Below, piece by piece: positions 43,454 to 46,996 of a DNA stretch of 46,996 nucleotides. The position numbers and the translations under genes are program-made. The stretch comes from an uncultured Clostridia bacterium (GTDB lineage: Bacteria > Bacillota > Clostridia > Christensenellales > UBA1242): NCBI GenBank assembly GCA_946484195.1, contig CAMLSW010000002.1, positions 1 through 46,996 of the forward strand, in the 5' to 3' direction. Under the pieces are notes generated by a model. It had not been told where the DNA came from. It saw only the letters and a program-made list of their open reading frames with translations, and made no database searches. Every line of letters begins with the position of its first letter. The first letter of the stretch is position 1.

Positions 43454-44218
43454 ATGCCGTTCTGTGTTATCAAATCAAGGACTATAAAAATCTTCTTAGC
43501 TATGCTTGCGGTGGTAATACTGCTTTGCATCTCTTTTGAGGGAGGCGCGTGCGCTCAAGTTTGGTTTGGCTCGTCATCAAGGCTTGTACCAATTTACCGA
43601 GTTGACACCGAGGAGAAGCAAGTTGCAATATCTTTTGACGCTGCGTGGGGCGCGGATAAAACGCAAGAGATAATTGATATACTTGCCGAGTACAATGCCA
43701 GTGCAACCTTCTTTTTGGTGGGCTTTTGGGTGGATAAATATCCTGAAATGGTTAAGGCAATAGATGATGCCGGACTTGAGATAGGCACTCACTCAAACAC
43801 TCATCCTGATATGGCGAAACTCGATAAAGCCACCATACGCAGCGAGCTTGAAACATCAATGTCGAAGATAAAGGACATCACCGGCAAGGATATAACTGTT
43901 TTTCGCCCGCCTTATGGCTCATATAACAATACGCTACTCAATGTTTGCTCTGATTTGGGCTTAAAGGCAATTCAATGGGATGTTGACTCGCTCGACTGGA
44001 AGGGCTTGTCTGCAGCTGAGGTTACCGACAGAGTTATGCAGAAAACTCAAAATGGCTCAATAATATTGATGCACAATAATGCCGACAATGTTTGCGACTC
44101 ATTAAGGTTGACGCTTGACTGGCTGACGAAAAAAGGATACAAAGTTACAAGCGTGGGAGAGCTTATTTATAGTGACAATTACACGATAGACGCAAATGGT
44201 GAACAACACCAAAATTAG
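43454..44218 (+). CDS. polysaccharide deacetylase (NodB homology; PdaA/PdaB-like)
   Basis: N-terminal TM/signal, 'VAISFDAAWG', 'ATFFLVG', 'HSNTHPDM', 'FRPPYG'. Confidence 0.85.
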   Translation: MPFCVIKSRTIKIFLAMLAVVILLCISFEGGACAQVWFGSSSRLVPIYRVDTEEKQVAISFDAAWGADKTQEIIDILAEYNASATFFLVGFWVDKYPEMVKAIDDAGLEIGTHSNTHPDMAKLDKATIRSELETSMSKIKDITGKDITVFRPPYGSYNNTLLNVCSDLGLKAIQWDVDSLDWKGLSAAEVTDRVMQKTQNGSIILMHNNADNVCDSLRLTLDWLTKKGYKVTSVGELIYSDNYTIDANGEQHQN

Positions 44219-44231
44219 AGGAGGAAGAAAA

Positions 44232-44912
44232 TTGAATAGTACTACAGAATTACGTTGTTCAAACAATAGAGGGCAACTGATAGGCACATTGATTGAGCCG
44301 ACAAGTTCATTCGTCATTGAAAACGATAGATTTATTGAAGGCAAACTAAAAGTTGAGAGATTGTCTGAGACGGTGGATATACTTCCATTTACAATTTCAG
44401 AGCGACTTGTCAAAGCGAATGGACTTACACTTGAAGAGGGCGAAAGACTGGCACTTGGTGGCGAGCTTCGTTCATACAACAGGATGGTTGACGGAAAAAG
44501 TAGGTTAATTCTTTCATTTTTTGTCAAGGATGTCTTAAGAGAGAACAATCTTGTTGATGAAAACACCAATTTATTAAAACTTACGGGCTACATTTGTAAG
44601 CAACCAAATTATAGAGTTACGCCATTTAATCGCGAGATTTGCGATGTGCTTTTGGCGGTAAATCGACCAAGTTTCAATAAGTCCGACTATATACCTTGTA
44701 TTTTGTGGGGTAGAAATGCACTACTTATGCAGGAGCAGAAGGTTGGTACAAAGGTAAACTTATTAGGAAGAATACAATCAAGAGTTTACAAAAAAGAAAT
44801 AAAAGAAGGAGTATACGAAGAGCGCACTGCCTATGAGGTTTCAGGGCAACGCCTTCAAATTTTAGAAAAAGAAAGCGAAGTGTCCAGCACTGAGGGAGAA
44901 CTTGGTGCGTAA
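44232..44912 (+). CDS. OB-fold, SSB-like protein with two tandem OB-type halves
   Basis: TTG at 44232 follows GAGGAGGA; the in-frame ATG at 44196 overlaps the previous gene. 'LPFTISERL..GERLALGGELRSYNR' and 'IPCILWGRNA..VNLLGRIQSRVY' resemble SSB/PriB-type OB strands. Confidence 0.45.
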   Translation: MNSTTELRCSNNRGQLIGTLIEPTSSFVIENDRFIEGKLKVERLSETVDILPFTISERLVKANGLTLEEGERLALGGELRSYNRMVDGKSRLILSFFVKDVLRENNLVDENTNLLKLTGYICKQPNYRVTPFNREICDVLLAVNRPSFNKSDYIPCILWGRNALLMQEQKVGTKVNLLGRIQSRVYKKEIKEGVYEERTAYEVSGQRLQILEKESEVSSTEGELGA

Positions 44913-44937
44913 TCTTTAAATATATTTAGAAGTTTTA

Positions 44938-44966
44938 AAGCAACAATTTTTTGTTGCTTTTTTTAT
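44938..44966 (+). terminator. rho-independent terminator
   Basis: aaagcaacaa-tttt-ttgttgcttt followed by a T-run. Confidence 0.8.
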
Positions 44967-45002
44967 ATTGACTAATCTCATAAAATATGTTATTATCAAA
45001 CT

Positions 45003-46859
45003 ATGGTAAAAAAAGATATAGAAAATATTGAAAATAAAAAGAAAAAGCTGACTCGTGAAGAGAAAAAACAGTTAAAACAATACAAAAAAGAAAATAATAT
45101 ACCATCTATTTGGGATTATTTTAAAGATTATAAAGCATATATCTTTTGGTACATATTTTTTACTATTGTAGTTATGCTGATAGGCGTGGCGGTAACACTT
45201 TTGTTTGCCGAGGTCATATCGCTTATTATAGATGGCTTTTATACCAAGGCGGTAATTTTGTCGGCAATCATCTTAGGGCTATATATCATAGAGAGGTTGT
45301 CATATATTCTTCTCAATGTCATCTATATGAAATTCTCTACAAAAGTGGTTGCAAGGCTCAATAATGACCTATCTTATCAAGCTTTCAAGTTTAGCGCAAG
45401 CACATATGCCAATAACTCGACAGGCACCTTTGTTCAAAGGATAGTGACCGACCCTAACAGACTTGTCGGACAACTTGCTTCATTTGTCGATATAGTTGGA
45501 AACCTTTTATATCAACTGATTATTTGCATCTATATTTTTGTAATCAACTATATTGTTGGGCTTATACTTCTCGGCGGCGTCGTTATTTGCTTTGTATTTG
45601 ATAAATATAGGCTTAAATTAAGGCGAAAAAATATTAAGATTGCAAACAAAAAATATGATAAAGTCAATTCTCTTACAACAGAAATTATCAAGAGCGAAAG
45701 GGATATAAAATCACTTGGGCTTGAAGATAAACTGCGCTATACCACAGAGAACTATTATAATGAATACAATAAATTCCAATATAAAAGCTCAGTCCAGCAG
45801 ACCTCAATCACGCAGTTTAGAAATATTGCAAACAGAGTTTTTGGTATGGCAATGCTGATTGTTGCAATAATTATGCTTGAAAAGGGCTTGCTTGTATACG
45901 CATCATTTATGATAATTTACTCAAATAGAGGTAGTTTTGGCAGTCTTTCGATGTTAACTGGTATGCTTGGCGACATAGTCAACGATGTCAAGGTGTACTC
46001 TGACCGCATATTCGAGATGTTTGACCCTAAGAAATTCCCTGTTGAGAAGTTCGGTGGTTTTAACCTTGAAAATGTTAAAGGCAAAATAGAGTTTAAGAAT
46101 GTAAGTTATGCCTATATTGATAAACTCCTTGCAAAAAATGAACTTGACAGTGCCGAAGAAAATAGCGAGATTGTCAAACGCGACAAAGTGCTTGAAAACC
46201 TGTCCTTTGTGATAGAGCCAAACACCACAGTTGCTTTTGTTGGAAAGTCTGGTAGTGGCAAGTCAACGATACTTTCGCTTATGTCAAAGATGTACGAAGT
46301 TGACGAGGGTGAAGTTTTAATAGATGATGTAAATATAAACGATTTAAACAAAGAAAGTTTAAGAAAAAACATATCGCTTGTAAATCAATTTCCTTACATA
46401 TTTGATATGTCGATACTTGACAATCTTTTGATGGCAAAGAAGGATGCAACAGAAGAGGAGATAAATGACGCCATAGAAAAAGCCGATTTGAAGGAGTTTA
46501 TAGACGGGCTAAAAGAGGGCATCAATACAGTTGTTGGTGAAAGTGGAATAAAACTTTCAGGCGGACAAAGACAACGCCTTGCGATTGCGAGGGCGCTTTT
46601 AAGAAAGTCAAGCATAATTATATTTGACGAAAGCACAAGCTCTCTTGACAACATCGCGCAAGAACATATTAAAAATAGCATCGACAACTTAAAGGGTAGT
46701 AGCACTATTGTCATCGTTGCACACAGATTATCAACTATAAAGAATGTTGATAAGATATTCTTCTTGGATGAAGGCAAAATTATAGACAGTGGCACATTTG
46801 ATGAGCTATTTGAAAATAACGAGCGTTTTAATCATATGTTCCTTGCAGAAAATATTTAA
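45003..46859 (+). CDS. ABC transporter ATP-binding/permease fusion (exporter type)
   Basis: N-terminal six-helix TMD, Walker A 'GKSGSGKST', signature 'LSGGQRQR', Walker B 'IIIFDESTS'. Confidence 0.9.
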   Translation: MVKKDIENIENKKKKLTREEKKQLKQYKKENNIPSIWDYFKDYKAYIFWYIFFTIVVMLIGVAVTLLFAEVISLIIDGFYTKAVILSAIILGLYIIERLSYILLNVIYMKFSTKVVARLNNDLSYQAFKFSASTYANNSTGTFVQRIVTDPNRLVGQLASFVDIVGNLLYQLIICIYIFVINYIVGLILLGGVVICFVFDKYRLKLRRKNIKIANKKYDKVNSLTTEIIKSERDIKSLGLEDKLRYTTENYYNEYNKFQYKSSVQQTSITQFRNIANRVFGMAMLIVAIIMLEKGLLVYASFMIIYSNRGSFGSLSMLTGMLGDIVNDVKVYSDRIFEMFDPKKFPVEKFGGFNLENVKGKIEFKNVSYAYIDKLLAKNELDSAEENSEIVKRDKVLENLSFVIEPNTTVAFVGKSGSGKSTILSLMSKMYEVDEGEVLIDDVNINDLNKESLRKNISLVNQFPYIFDMSILDNLLMAKKDATEEEINDAIEKADLKEFIDGLKEGINTVVGESGIKLSGGQRQRLAIARALLRKSSIIIFDESTSSLDNIAQEHIKNSIDNLKGSSTIVIVAHRLSTIKNVDKIFFLDEGKIIDSGTFDELFENNERFNHMFLAENI

Positions 46860-46996
46860 TAATTTAATAAAAATCGCAAAAAAATCGTTTTATTAAAGAT
46901 ATTTTGATATATTTTTAATAAAACTTTTTTTATTTTTTGTGTATTCTTAAATAAAAAATAAATATTAAAAATTATTTAATTTTGACGTAAAAAATA

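Noticed and set aside
1-46996. Alternative genetic code (UGA as Trp, as in Mollicutes) suggested by the low GC content
   Set aside because: Many long, well-conserved genes terminate at TGA (e.g. ylxM and rimM) with correct lengths, and no conserved protein requires read-through of TGA.

Overview
AT-rich, densely coding chromosomal segment from a low-GC Gram-positive (Clostridia/Firmicutes-like) bacterium using the standard genetic code. Long ORFs end at TGA, TAA and TAG. The backbone is housekeeping: valS, lexA, rsmD, lepA, hemW, the ylxM-ffh-rpsP-KH-rimM-trmD cluster, rbgA, yraN, murG, a type IIA topoisomerase B/A pair that looks more ParE/ParC-like than gyrase-like, and an ABC exporter. Accessory content falls into three groups. 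(i) Surface proteins: three BspA-type leucine-rich-repeat genes or fragments, a GLUG-motif protein, and a shared N-terminal domain present in two paralogs. (ii) A decayed phage-like patch around tRNA-Leu(CAA): LexA-type repressor, Com-like zinc ribbon, HTH protein, sigma-r4-like regulator and an intact but orphan terminase large subunit. (iii) A three-gene module of unknown function at the left end, with HExxH and JAB-like motifs. I saw no integrase, transposase, reverse transcriptase, CRISPR array or recognisable defence gene. The most unusual signals are non-coding. First, a ~76-nt structured repeat with a covarying apical hairpin and an invariant purine-rich internal loop occurs in two full copies plus fragments at 21.1-21.65 kb, and in an inverted, 53/53-identical copy cut by the window start. 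Second, four ~30-nt hairpin elements with compensatory stem changes lie in a ~650-bp ORF-free mosaic next to tRNA-Leu, which also holds a perfect 94-bp direct repeat carrying the tRNA 3' end. Third, a G7 tract sits inside the spacer of a consensus promoter, followed by a perfect 15-bp-arm palindrome, upstream of an LRR surface-protein gene. Fourth, a ~390-bp comparatively GC-rich unassigned leader lies upstream of an orphan solute-binding lipoprotein gene. All functional calls come from motifs read in the translations. No database search was possible.
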